Assembly (NCBI GenBank): GCA_002269645.1
Contig: NIVC01000980.1
Location: 408,412 to 472,411, forward strand
Source: Macrostomum lignano
Taxonomy: Eukaryota
Direction of reading: 5' to 3'
DNA length: 64,000 nt
In this document: one piece after another, positions 1 to 12,461 of the stretch
How the letters are laid out: the number at the start of each line of letters is the position of its first letter
How positions within the stretch are numbered: the first letter of the stretch is position 1
Position numbers and translations under genes: made by a program
The notes under the pieces: model-generated
Databases searched by the model: none
The model's input: only the letters and a program-made list of their open reading frames with translations
What the model was told of the DNA's origin: nothing

Positions 1-79
1 GCCTTGTATGCTGCACTCGTTTGTTAACTTGCTTTCTGATACGCAAAAATAGGCTCGTCAGATTTGTTAATTTGCGTAC

Positions 80-3000
80 CGTTCGGCTTGTCGTTAGCGG
101 ATCTTTTCTGCGCCTGCGCCGGTGCCGGCTTGTCGTCGCCGTCAGCGCCTTCGGCCTCGCCGGTGGCGCCGAGCAGGCTGAAGATGATGCCAGCCTGGGA
201 GTTGATGCCGACAGCTGTCACTATCATTCGGCCGGAGCCTTCCATCACGTTGGTGCCTGGAGAGTTTTTAAGATGCGTTACAGAGTGTCGTTAATATCAT
301 GAGATCTAAAGGCTGACATTTGCACTTGTAAATAACTCAGACGTTTGGAGAAACCTGCTTTCCTCAGTTATTCAGTTGAATCAGTTTTCACTTCAACTTG
401 CGCCACTAGTGCCCTACTTCAGATTTCGATGTGTTTTCGGGTGACGAGAGCTGTATTAGAGGCCATAAAACAGTCATGAAACAGATAAGCGGAGAGAGCA
501 GCGCCCTTGGTACAGTGTTTTCGGGTGACGAGAGCTGTATTAGAGGCCATAAAACAGTCATGAAACAGATAAGCGGAGAGAGCAGCGCCCTTGGTACAGT
601 GTTTTCGGGTGACGAGAGCTGTATTAGAGGCCATAAAACAGTCATGAAACAGATAAGCGGAGAGAGCAGCGCCCTTGGTACAGTGTTTTCGGGTGACGAG
701 AGCTGTATTAGAGGCCATAAAACAGTCATGAAACTGATAAGCGGAGAGAGCAGCGCCCTTGGTACAGTGTTTTCGGGTGACGAGAGCTGTATTAGAGGCC
801 ATAAAACAGTCATGAAACAGATAAGCGGAGAGAGCAGCGCCCTTGGTACAGTGTTTTCGGGTGACGAGAGCTGTATTAGAGGCCATAAAACAGTCATGAA
901 ACAGATAAGCGGAGAGAGCAGCGCCCTTGGTACAGTGTTTTCGGGTGACGAGAGCTGTATTAGAGGCCATAAAACAGTCATGAAACAGATAAGCGGAGAG
1001 AGCAGCGCCCTTGGTACAGTGTTTTCGGGTGACGAGAGCTGTATTAGAGGCCATAAAACAGTCATGAAACAGATAAGCGGAGAGAGCAGCGCCCTTGGTA
1101 CAGTGTTTTCGGGTGACGAGAGCTGTATTAGAGGCCATAAAACAGTCATGAAACAGATAAGCGGAGAGAGCAGCGCCCTTGGTACAGTGTTTTCGGGTGA
1201 CGAGAGCTGTATTAGAGGCCATAAAACAGTCATGAAACAGATAAGCGGAGAGAGCAGCGCCCTTGGTACAGTGTTTTCGGGTGACGAGAGCTGTATTAGA
1301 GGCCATAAAACAGTCATGAAACAGATAAGCGGAGAGAGCAGCGCCCTTGGTCAGTGTTTTCGGGTGACGAGAGCTGTATTGGAGGCCAGTCATAAAACTG
1401 ATAAGTAACGCCTTTGTTTGTGTTGCTGTTGATAAGCACGACTGAGAACTGTACAAGAATGCATTTTTATGAAGAAACTCAGAAATCTTAAAAGTTGCGA
1501 TTGTAATTCAAAAGCCTGCAATACGAGCGTGGATCGAAAAAGGGAAAACATTTTTCGCAGTTCAGACAGCCTAGGCCTCAACTGCCTGCAGCCGTGACCC
1601 AATGCTTATGCATCACAGCATACGCAAAACATCCAGCCGAAATGAAAGATTATTATTAGAAAGAATGCTAGGAGTTTCAAATACTATATATTCTTACACA
1701 TACGCCTAGGGCGCATAAGAAAACAGGGGAATCGATATGCGTAAAAAATTCACCCCATATCGACTGCTGGGTAAAGAGGGCAAAGTGGATTCCGAAATTC
1801 CAATAGCCAGACTGTTCTCTCCGAAAGTCGCAGCAGTGCTGACAAAATGCCGGAGCTGTCGCCAGGATGCCGCCCCCCTCCGCCCCCTATCCCTTAAACC
1901 AGACCCCCCCAGGCAGCGGTGAAGACGGAAGGGGGGTGAAAGTCGAGAGGGAAACTGCGGGAGGGGCGGGCGGGCGGTGGCTCTTCTTCGGCGACGACAG
2001 CCACATTGACTTTCTTCTTTCTTTCCCTTTCCTCTTCATCTCGCTTCGATTCGCTCGGCTGATGGCAGCGCGGACCAGCTGCTGAAGTGGTGGCCGCCCC
2101 CCCCCCCCACCTCGGCGGGGTCAGCTGTGCTGTGCGCACCGGCTCGCCTACCGCCAAGGAAAGGTAGCTTAGCTGAGATGAACGCAGACGAACTAAGGTC
2201 GGCAAGAACTTTTGGCAGGAAAAAGGAGGCACCTCCCCCCTCCCCCCTAATTAGAGCTGCCGCCGCATGGGCTGGCTAGGTAAGGCAAGACGGGGGCGGG
2301 GTTTTCTGGGATGGAACGGGGAGCTGGAAGGAAGATTAACCCAGTCTGTAAGCATCCTATAACATCGGCATCTTCCTCTGATGCTTCAAACGTCTGCCCA
2401 GTCTCTCTCCAGACTCTGACAGCAGAGTTTTATCAGCTTGGGAGAAGTTCGGGTATAGCTTGGACAGAGGTGGCGGCGGGCGGTTAGAGGGAACGCTGAC
2501 ACAAGACTGTCTCTAAGCGAACGTCGAACGGCGATAACGATGAGTGGGTCTCTTCTTGGGGGGGGGGGGAAGTTTAGAAGATTTTGTTCAAACAATCTTC
2601 TGCGGGGCCGATGGCAAAGTCAATATAGTCGTAGTTCCCGGATGTGTCTCAACTCTCTCTCAGTCAATCTTTCTGTCTGCTTACTTCAGTTTTACTAGTT
2701 CCTTCGCCAGAACGTAAAAAGCATTTTCTAAAATTTTCAGGCTTACTTGAGTATTTGCAAGTAACTTTGTGATTCTATAGACGATTTCTAAGTAACACGA
2801 ATCAGATTTAATTAATTATTGGACTAATCAATCAGACAGGGAGACAAGCAATCAATCTGTCACTCTTTCTGTAACAATTTCTCTGTAATCTCTTTAGTTA
2901 GTCATTCTGTAAGTAATTCAGTCATTCTGTAAGTAATGTAGTCATTCTGTAAGTAATGCAGTCATTCTGTAAGTAATGCAGTCATTCTGTAAGTAATGCA

Positions 3001-6000
3001 GTCATTCTGTAAGTAATGCAGTCATTCTGTAAGTAATGCAGTCATTCTGTAAGTAATGTAGTCATTCTGTAAGTAATGCAGTCATTCTGTAAGTAATGCA
3101 GTCATTCTGTAAGTAATTCAGTCATTCTGTAAGTAATGCAGTCATTCTGTAAGTAATGCAGTCATTCTGTAAGTAATGTAGTCATTCTGTAAGTAATGCA
3201 GTCATTCTGTAAGTAATGTAGTCATTCTGTAAGTAATGCAGTCATTCTGTAAGTAATGTAGTCATTCTGTAAGTAATTTAGTCATTCTGTAAGTAATGTA
3301 GTCATTCTGTAAGTAATGCAGCCATTCTGTAAGTAATGTAGTCATTCTGTAAGTCATTCAGTCATTCTGTAAGTCATTCAGTCATTCTGTACGTCATTCA
3401 CGACATTCAGCCATTCTTTGATTTAAGTGAAATTTATATCCAAGCGTCTGCTAACAGTTAAAAACGTCAGAATTTCGAGCTCACCAGACATCAAAATGGG
3501 ATCCCGATCCTCGCCCTTCTTCACGTGGTCGCTTTCTCCAGTGAGACTGCTCTCGTCTACCTTGAGATCGTTGCTCTGGATGATGATGCCGTCGGCGGGC
3601 AGGGCATCGCCGTACTTCACCTGGCAGATGTCGCCGACAACGATATCGTTGACCAGCACCTTGGACACCTGGCCATTGCGGATGACATCGAACAGGTGCT
3701 CCTGTTCGAGCTTGGCCTGCAGTCCGCGGAACTGCCGCTCCTTGCTCCAGTCGTTGAATGCCGTCACCAGCACCACGACCACTACGGCGAAGGCGATGGC
3801 GACGCCCTCGATCCAGCCGGCCTGCTCCTCGCTGTCGTCTCCGTGAGTCTCGCCGGGCGTCTTAGTGCGGACTGCGGGGAAGAGAGAGAGCGTGGATTTC
3901 TGCGTCCTCTTTCCTGCAGTCACTTCCACCCACTCACTGCAACCGGCAAACCCACTCACTGCAACCGGCAAACCCACTCACTGCAACCGGCAAACCCACT
4001 CACTGCAACCGGCAAACCCACTCACTGCAACCGGCAAACCCACTCACTGCAACCGGCAAACCCACTCACTGCAACCGGCAAACCCACTCACTGCAACCGG
4101 CAAACCCACACTCCCTGCAACCGGCAAACCCACTCACCGCAACTGGCAAAGCCACTCACTGCAACCGGCAAACTTACTCACTGCAACCGGCAAATCCGCT
4201 CACTGCAACCGGCAAACCCACTCACTGCAACCGGCAAACCCACTCACTGCAACCGGCAAACCCACTCACTGCAACCGGCAAACCCACTCACTGCAACCGG
4301 CAAACCCACTCACTGCAACCGGCAAACTTACTCACTGCAACCGGCAAACCCACTCACTGCAACCGGCAAACCCACTCACTGCAACCGGCAAACCCACTCA
4401 CTGCAACCGGCAAACCCACTCCCTGCAACCGGCAAACCCACTCACCGCAACTGGCAAAGCCACTCACCGCAACTGGCAAAGCCACTCACTGCAACCGGCA
4501 AACCCACTCACTGCAACCGGCAAACCCACTCACTGCAACCGGCAAAGCCACTCACCGCAACTGGCAAAGCCACTCACTGCAACCGGCAAACCCACTCACT
4601 GCAACCGGCAAACCCACTCCCACAGACCCAAACACTCACACTTTTGATACAGCGAGATGCCCAGAGACACAAGCGCGCAGACAATCAGCATAATCAGCGT
4701 GTAGTCCTGCATCGCTTCGAGCGCCAGCTGTAAAAAAGTCTTTGGCGGCTTCGGCGGGATCACGTTGGCGCCGAACGCCTGCTTCCGGCTGGACACTTCG
4801 CTCTCGTTGATGCCTGCACAATGGGGTGCGTGATTCGGGCTTGAAATTAGACCCCCATTCACTCAGCACTGCACTATTCGCTCGCGGGCAATCAATCAAG
4901 TAAATATGGGAGTCCCACACTGAAAGATGAAGACATACACTGCGTACCTAGGGCTCTCACGCATTTTGGACTTTTTAGATTGAGGTTTTGTACTTCCCTA
5001 TAAAATTTCAGCTTTAAAAAGTTTAATACGCTACATATCGTTACTTAACTCGCGAGAAGTTCTACATTAAGCGGTGCATAAACTAGCACATAAATATTGA
5101 AATATTGAAAGCATGCAGCCACGATCATTAGGTCTAAATAAATCTGTTTTGAACCTTACAAGATGTCAAAGCTAAATTTGAAGATTGATCATCCAGCTCG
5201 AGCCCGCAAAACTGGCACTTTGTTGGGAGGAGGTTGGTTAACAAATCGATTGATTTTTCTCTTAGCGAGATCAGACATGGGTGGGGGGCACACCAATTCG
5301 TGTTTACAAGTCTCTTGCCGGCTTCTCCGTCAGTCTCTTTGCAGTGCGTGTGAAGTGTGTGTAACTGTGCGCTTTCTGGCTGTGATTTCCCTGCCATACC
5401 AAAGTGCATGTTTTCCTCAGTCAGGGTGGGGGGGCTGCAGGGAAAAAAAGGGAGAAAAATCCCCTTATTGCCACTTATAGATCCCAAATATATTAGTTAT
5501 GCATGCGAGCAGACGAGTCAGATTAGAAGGTGCAGGAAATCAGTTGACACACAGAAAAAAGTTGACAGAGAGGTGAGTGGGCAAAGTTTGTCTAACATGA
5601 TTAGATAATGTCAAAGCGTTGCGCCTCGCAAGATTTCGCTTGAGCATAGTGAAAGAGACTCAGTTTTCATTTGACGCACTCAATCCACTCTACAGGCCTC
5701 TGCCTCTCCCATAGGCGAAATGGGAAACAAGCAGTGGGAGAGCAAAGTGCCCCCGTTATTTTTGGGATAACTCCAGCATCCCAGGAAGAAATGGGAACTA
5801 CTAGTATAGCAAAGGCCGTCTATCTCATCTGGCAGTGAACAAGGGCGGCATTTATATGCATATCGCTCGCTCCTAACCCTGCTGGTCCCGGCAACCGCCC
5901 TCCCCCCCCCCCGCGGGAGAGGAGAGGCATCGGGCGAACCGACCGAATAGGCTACGAGCTTATATGGGAAGCCGCAGAACCAGCAGAGGGCAGCGGACGC

Positions 6001-9000
6001 GTGATTTATATCTCCACTTGGCGGGCCTTTTTGGGTGGAAATAGGCCAGGGCAAAATGGCTACACATCCAGCCGGCCTCCAGATATGGGAACGATGAAAT
6101 AATCCTATTGAGACTAGCTGGGGTAAATTTTCCCAAATACGAGTCACGGAGAGGGATCAGCAAGCTTGCAGTGCTCTCAGTGCGTACTTTTAGTTGGTAG
6201 CGGCTATTAGAGCAAGTGTAGGTATCAGATGCCAAATTTTATTGTCCGACATAGTGATCAGCTGATACTGGGAAGGGGAGTTGACAGTGGACAAGGAGAG
6301 TAGACAGTAGGGAGACAGCTGGTATAGACGGTAGGGAAGGGAGGGGTAGACAGTAGGGAGACTGGTGTAGCCGTTAGGGAAGGGAGGGGTACACAATAGG
6401 GAGACTGGTGTAGCCAGTAGGGAAGGGAGGGGTAGACAGTAGGGAAGGGTAGACAGTAGGGAAGGGTAGACAGCAGGGAAGGGTAGACAGTAGGGAAGGG
6501 TAGACAGTAGGGAAGGGTAGACAGTAGGGAAGGGTAGACAGTAGGGAAGGGATGGGTAGACAGTAGGGAAGGGTAGACAGTAGGGAAGGGATGGGTAGAC
6601 AGTAGGGAAGGGAGGGGTAGACAATAGGGAGACTGGTGTAGCCGGTAGGGAAGGGAGGGGTAGACAGTAGGGAAGGGTAGACAGTAGGGAAGGGTAGACA
6701 GCAGGGAAGGGTAGACAGTAGGGAAGGGATGGGTAGACAGTAGGGAAGGGATGGGTAGACAACAGGGAGGGATAGACAGTAGGGAAGGGTAGACAGTAGG
6801 GAAGGGATGGGTAGACAGTAGGGAAGGGTAGACAGTAGGGAAGGGATGGGTAGACAGTAGGGAAGGGTAGACAGCAGGGAAGGGTAGACAGTAGGGAAGG
6901 GTAGACAGTAGGGAAGGGATGAGTGGACAATAGGGAAGGGAGAGGTAGACAATAAAGTGAGGTAGACACTAGGGAAGGGAGGGGAAGGCAGTAGGCAGGG
7001 GGATGGAACTATTGCTGAGAGTGATGAGGTGGGAAGCAGTTATAGAAATATAAATAATCATGAGAAATTCCCAATGGATCTCATAAACATAAAAAGCAGA
7101 CGACTGCCCGGTTGGCAGGGAAAAGATTCGCAGCAAAAAAATAATTTGAGTGAAACATAACAGGAAATCTAATTAATATATGAATTATTGACTATTGCTG
7201 TTGATAATAAGTTGGGACAATTGGCGCGTAAGGGGGACTGGAGGCGAGGCTATGGAGGGAGGTAGGGAAGGAGGGATAAATAAAAATAGAACCGACGGCT
7301 GAGAGATCAATTTCAATTGAAACCAAGTGCTGCCGCGGCATGCAAACACAGCACGGATGAAGTTGGGAGCCTGAGGCCTACCCTGGAGACTCGTCTCAGG
7401 CCTCCAGAAGCTGCTCGATATATGCCGAGTGACTGGTTAAACCAAGGACACCCAGAACCAGAGCTTGAAGTGACAACTCCTCACCAAACCCTTCATTTTC
7501 GAACATCTTTTACAAACTTAGTCTCATTTTAATAAAGCTTTATAAAAATTCTGCTGAATGAGCAATAGGCCATGTGCTAGGAAGGTTTTATATCACCTAA
7601 ATTTCCCATTACCTAAATTTCACATCACCTAAATTTCACATGACCTAAATTTCACATCACCTAAATCTCACATCACCTAAATTTCACATCGCCTAAATTT
7701 CGCATCACCTAAATTTCGCATCACCTAAATTTCACATCACCTAAATTTCGCATCACCTAAATTTACATCGCCTAAATTTCGCATCACCTAAAAATCAAAT
7801 CACCTAAATTTCAAATCGTCTAAATTTCACATCACCTAAATTTACATCGCCTAAATTTCGCGTCACCTAAAAATCAAATCACCTAAATTTCAAATCGTCT
7901 AAATTTCACATCACCTAAATTTCACATCGCCTAAATTTCGCATCACCTAAAAATCAAATCACCTAAATTTCAAATCGTCTAAATTTCACATCACCTAAAT
8001 TTCACATCACCTAAATCTCACATCACCTAAATTTCACATCGCCTAAATTTCGCATCACCTAAATTTCACATCACCTAAATTTACATCGCCTAAATTTCGC
8101 ATCACCTAAAAATCAAATCACCTAAATTTCACATCACCTAAATTTCGCATCACCTAAATTTACATCGCCTAAATTTCGCATCACCTAAAAATCAAATCAC
8201 CTAAATTTCAAATCGTCTAAATTTCACATCACCTAAATTTCATATCGCCTAAATTTCGCATCACCTAAAAATCAAATCACCTAAATTTCAAATCGTCTAA
8301 ATTTCACATCACCTAAATTTCACATCACCTAAATCTCACATCACCTAAATTTCACATCGCCTAAATTTCACATCGCCTAAATTTCGCATCACCTAAATTT
8401 CACATCACCTAAATTTACATCGCCTAAATTTCGCATCACCTAAAAATCAAATCACCTAAATTTCACATCACCTAAATTTCGCATCACCTAAATTTACATC
8501 GCCTAAATTTCGCATCACCTAAAAATCAAATCACCTAAATTTCAAATCGTCTAAATTTCACATCACCTAAATTTCACATCGCCTAAATTTCGCATCACCT
8601 AAAAATCAAATCACCTAAATTTCAAATCGTCTAAATTTCACATCACCTAAATTTCACATCACCTAAATCTCACATCACCTAAATTTCACATCGCCTAAAT
8701 TTCGCATCACCTAAATTTCACATCACCTAAATTTACATCGCCTAAATTTCGCATCACCTAAAAATCAAATCACCTAAATTTCAAATCGTCTAAATTTCAC
8801 ATCACCTAAGTTTCAAGAATTCACTTTGAAATTTGGACCTTTTATTAAAGTTTTGGCGATACGAAAAGATGATGCAGGGTAGCTGACCTATCTTCTGTGC
8901 GTAAACTCATGTGGGCAGGAGTTGCTGCTCCAAGCTCTGGCTCTAATTCGCCTTGCCGGAGCCGAAGAAGAGCCCTGGGCCTCGGGTTAATTGCTAAGAC

Positions 9001-10383
9001 TCCCGTTTCGATTCCTATAGGGACTCCGGGGCAGACCCGTGCTGCAACTGGGGTGGAAAGTCGATAAATTCCCAACTTAGAGGCTCCCAGTTGCCCTCCT
9101 GCCCCAACCCCACCCCCAGCCCGGAGGGACCCCCATTGACTGTTCCGGGGGTTGGACTTCTCGAATCCGTCTCAAGCCAGCGTCTGCACTTCCCCATAGC
9201 TACCCGTCTTTATCTGTGGCCGACGCCGCCTCCCCACCCCCTCCGCTCAGCTCCTTAGCTGGCCTCAGTAGTTTTAGCTTCCTCTTTTAGTAATCGAAAT
9301 TCAGCTCAACGGGAAGGGAGGATGAAGGTTATAGGCAGAGCTTCGACTTCTCCGCTGATCTCTCTGCCGCCACGTGTATCAAAGAGCTTGTTTTGCTTGT
9401 AGTCAGGCCAGACAACTGAGTAGCCGGCCTGATCTATTATTATTAGAGAGAAAAACAGCTATTTTTGCTCTCTGAATCTCCAATAAGAACGAAAAAAGGT
9501 GCATCCGCTTTGCCCTTATCCTCAGCATCTCTTTTGTCTTCACTGCCATCCTCGCAAGCTGGTCTGAATGCTCACGCTAGAATTAACGAATTCTAGAGCT
9601 ACATAGAGCTGCACTTTTTCTTAGCGTAATAAAAAATTCTCTCAGTTGTGATTTGCAATTGAAATGAACTATTGCTAAATACGAAAACAGGTTTTGCGTT
9701 TAGGAAGCGCAGAACGGAGCAGATGATTCATTGAATTCACTAGTTGTTGTCACTCCTTTCTGGCAAATAAAATCGAGTAGTTCACGGTTTCCTGGAAAAT
9801 ATAATCAAGAGTAGTTCACAGTTTCCTGGAAAATATAATCAAGAGTAGTTCACGGTTTCCTGGAAAATATAATCAAGAGTAGTTCACCGTTTCCTGGAAA
9901 ATGTGATCAACAGTGGTTTACTGTTTTTTTTGAAAATGTGATCAAGAGTGGTTCACCGTTTCTTGGAAAGGGTAGTCAACTTAAAAAGCTTTCTAGGAAA
10001 CTTAAAAACAATTAGATTGATCGTTTCCAGGAAATACTCGTACCTAACCGAAGAGGTTGACTATTTCTAAGAAAGTGAAAAGCAAAAAGCAGAAAAACTT
10101 CTAGGAATGTTAAAACTTAAAATTAAGTTGTTATTATTTTTTGAAAACTTGAATCAGTCGCTTTCGAGTGACTTTCAGACTGCAAAACTGGCTAACAAAC
10201 TCAGTTTTAAGAAATCGACCTCTCACCGCTCTGCGGCGAAGCCTTCAGCCGTTTGCACAATCCGTCTACGCCGCCGTAGTCGCTTTGAATTTTGCTGACG
10301 GCCTCGTGCCCGCGGCACTCCATAAGGGTGCGCAGCTCCTGCAACGAGCAGCCGTACTCATTTCTACCGCCGCCCGCCGCCAT
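80..10383 (-). CDS. ATP2B: Plasma-membrane Ca2+-transporting P-type ATPase (PMCA), 5' part; coding exons 10227-10383, 4640-4813, 3485-3871, 80-256; continues beyond window start
   Basis: Exons join in frame with GT-AG sites, all phase 1: [41 protein letters not shown]|[29 protein letters not shown]..|..[42 protein letters not shown]..|[25 protein letters not shown]. Contains the TGES actuator motif and PMCA-typical segments. Confidence 0.95.
431..1390. repeat. 84-bp tandem minisatellite, ~11 copies, in PMCA intron
   Basis: Unit gtgttttcgggtgacgagagctgtattagaggccataaaacagtcatgaaacagataagcggagagagcagcgcccttggtaca recurs at 431, 515, ...; explains ORFs 406-1317, 419-1456 and 431-1408. Confidence 0.97.
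2901..3410. repeat. 20-bp tandem repeat (gtcattctgtaagtaatgca), ~25 copies, intronic
   Basis: Direct inspection; perfect 20-bp register across 60-bp lines. Confidence 0.97.
3929..4621. repeat. 22-bp tandem repeat (cccactcactgcaaccggcaaa), ~30 copies, filling PMCA intron 3872-4639
   Basis: Direct inspection; source of repetitive ORFs 3525-4733 and 3865-4647. Confidence 0.97.
6285..6965. repeat. Purine-rich ~17-bp repeat (gggtagacagtagggaa) with variants
   Basis: Direct inspection; source of the [10 protein letters not shown] low-complexity ORFs. Confidence 0.95.
7592..8810. repeat. AT-rich ~16-bp satellite (catcacctaaatttca) with higher-order variant blocks
   Basis: Direct inspection; recurring blocks containing aaaaatcaaatcacc and caaatcgtc. 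Confidence 0.95.
9776..9975. repeat. 34-bp tandem repeat, ~5 degenerating copies
   Basis: agtagttcacggtttcctggaaaatataatcaag at 9776, 9810, ... Confidence 0.85.
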
Positions 10384-10922
10384 TGAAGCTCAGTGCTGCT
10401 GCCCAGCTGGCTGAGAAGAGTCGGAAACAATCAAAATCCCTGTTGTACCTGCAATAGCGCTGAAGACCGCGGCCTGTCCACTTGATGCCGAAATTGTTCA
10501 GTTTCAAGAGCTCTCGGTTCGGTGTGTTTTTTAGCTGTAAAAAATGAGTGGGGCGGTCAGGCCGTCAGGGTTGCCGCTCCCGGTCCAGCTGGGAGTTCGC
10601 CATGTAATCTCTAATCAATAAATCAATAAATCAATAAATCAATAAATCAATCGCTTAAATTTTCGGGTAGTTCTTAAACTTAGAATACTGGTATTCTAGC
10701 CAATCGAGGATGCTGTGTGACAGAGAATTCCTCAGTCTCCTAGCTGGGTCATATATGTATATATATATGCATATCAGCTCACTGGGAATCCACTCTGCTC
10801 AAATGCTGCCGCGGCTCAATTACTAAGCAATTAATTACTGAGCAGCAGGGGGCAGAGAGAGATTGGGGAAATGGGAATAGGCCAGCCAAAGATTGATGGC
10901 TCAGTGGAGATGTAACGATGTT

Positions 10923-11117
10923 CAGGGGCGTCGCCATGGATTTTATGGTGGGGGGACAAAGCCAAGAATTCAAAATGTACATGACAAAATTTTGGCACTC
11001 ATTTTGGCGTCACAGGCATTCATTTTGGCGCCGCATTCACTCATTTTAGCGCCACAGGCAATAATTGTAGCGCCTCTGGTATTCCTTTTAGCGCCACAGG
11101 CACTCATTTTAGCGCCG
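10923..11117. mobile_element. Partial hAT-like MITE, same family as 19912-20155 in opposite orientation
   Basis: caggggcgtcgccatggattttatgg..gggacaaag..ggcactcattttggcg matches the reverse complement of the right end of the 19912-20155 element. Confidence 0.7.
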
Positions 11118-12461
11118 CAGCCAGACCCTGAAGCATTTGGGCAGCAGCCCCTGAGACACTCAGCCAGACCCTGAAGCATTTGGGCAGCAGCCCCCGAGAC
11201 ACTCAGCCAGACCCTGAAGCATTTGGGCAGCAGCCCCTGAGACACTCAGCCAGACCCTGAAGCATTTGGGCAGCAGCCCCGAGACACTCAGCCAGACCCT
11301 GAAGCATTTGGGCAGCAGCCCCTGAGACACTCAGCCAGACCCTGAAGCATTTGGGCAGCAGCCCCTGAGACACTCAGCCAGACCCTGAAGCATTTGGGCA
11401 GCAGCCCCTGAGACACTCAGCCAGACCCTGAAGCATTTGGGCAGCAGCCCCTGAGACACTCAGCCAGACCCTGAAGCATTTGGGCAGCAGCCCCTGAGAC
11501 ACTCAGCCAGACCCTGAAGCATTTGGGCAGCAGCCCCTGAGACACTCAGCCAGACCCTGAAGCATTTGGGCAGCAGCCCCGAGACACTCAGCCAGACCCT
11601 GAAGCATTTGGGCAGCAGCCCCGAGACACTCAGCCAGACCCTGAAGCATTTGGGCAGCAGCCCCTGAGACACTCAGCCAGACCCTGAAGCATTTGGGCAG
11701 CAGCCCCTGAGACACTCAGCCAGACCCTGAAGCATTTGGGCAGCAGCCCCGAGACACTCAGCCAGACCCTGAAGCATTTGGGCAGCAGCCCCGAGACACT
11801 CAGCCAGACCCTGAAGCATTTGGGCAGCAGCCCCGAGACACTCAGCCAGACCCTGAAGCATTTGGGCAGCAGCCCCTGAGACACTCAGCCAGACCCTGAA
11901 GCATTTGGGCAGCAGCCCCTGAGACACTCGGCCAGACCCTGAAGCATTTGGGCAGCAGCCCCTGAGACACTCAGCCAGACCCTGAAGCATTTGGGCAGCA
12001 GCCCCTGAGACACTCAGCCAGACCCTGAAGCATTTGGGCAGCAGCCCCTGAGACACTCAGCCAGACCCTGAAGCATTTGGGCAGCAGCCCCGAGACACTC
12101 AGCCAGACCCTGAAGCATTTGGGCAGCAGCCCCGAGACACTCAGCCAGACCCTGAAGCATTTGGGCAACAGCCCCTGAGACACTCAGCCAGACCCTGAAG
12201 CATTTGGGCAGCAGCCCTGAGACACTCAGCCAGACCCTGAAGCATTTGGGCAGCAGCCCCTGAGACACTCAGCCAGACCCTGAAGCATTTGGGCAGCAGC
12301 CCCTGAGACACTCAGCCAGACCCTGAAGCATTTGGGCAGCAGCCCCCGAGACACTCAGCCAGACCCTGAAGCATTTGGGCAGCAGCCCCCGAGACACTCA
12401 GCCAGACCCTGAAGCATTTGGGCAGCAGCCCCTGAGACACTCAGCCAGACCCTGAAGCATT
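11118..12461. repeat. 42/43-bp tandem minisatellite, ~31 copies
   Basis: cagccagaccctgaagcatttgggcagcagcccc(t)gagacact; source of the MSQGLLPKCF ORFs. Confidence 0.97.

Noticed and set aside
406-1456. Three 300+ aa ORFs
   Set aside because: Translations of an 84-bp (3n) tandem repeat inside a PMCA intron; open on both strands only because of the repeat.
1840-2640. G/C-run-rich blocks (also 5680-6180, 8870-9280, 12720-13620, 14080-15120) as retroelement ORF1 fragments
   Set aside because: No recognisable RT, endonuclease or gag motif; probably old repeats but unclassifiable by eye.
10449-10603. Possible extra PMCA coding exon (NRELLKLNNFGIKW..) or uORF
   Set aside because: It would need a 38-nt intron and has no in-frame start; at most 5' UTR.
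11118-12461. Regular repeat arrays as possible CRISPR
   Set aside because: No unique spacers, eukaryotic context and no cas genes; the same applies to all arrays in the window.
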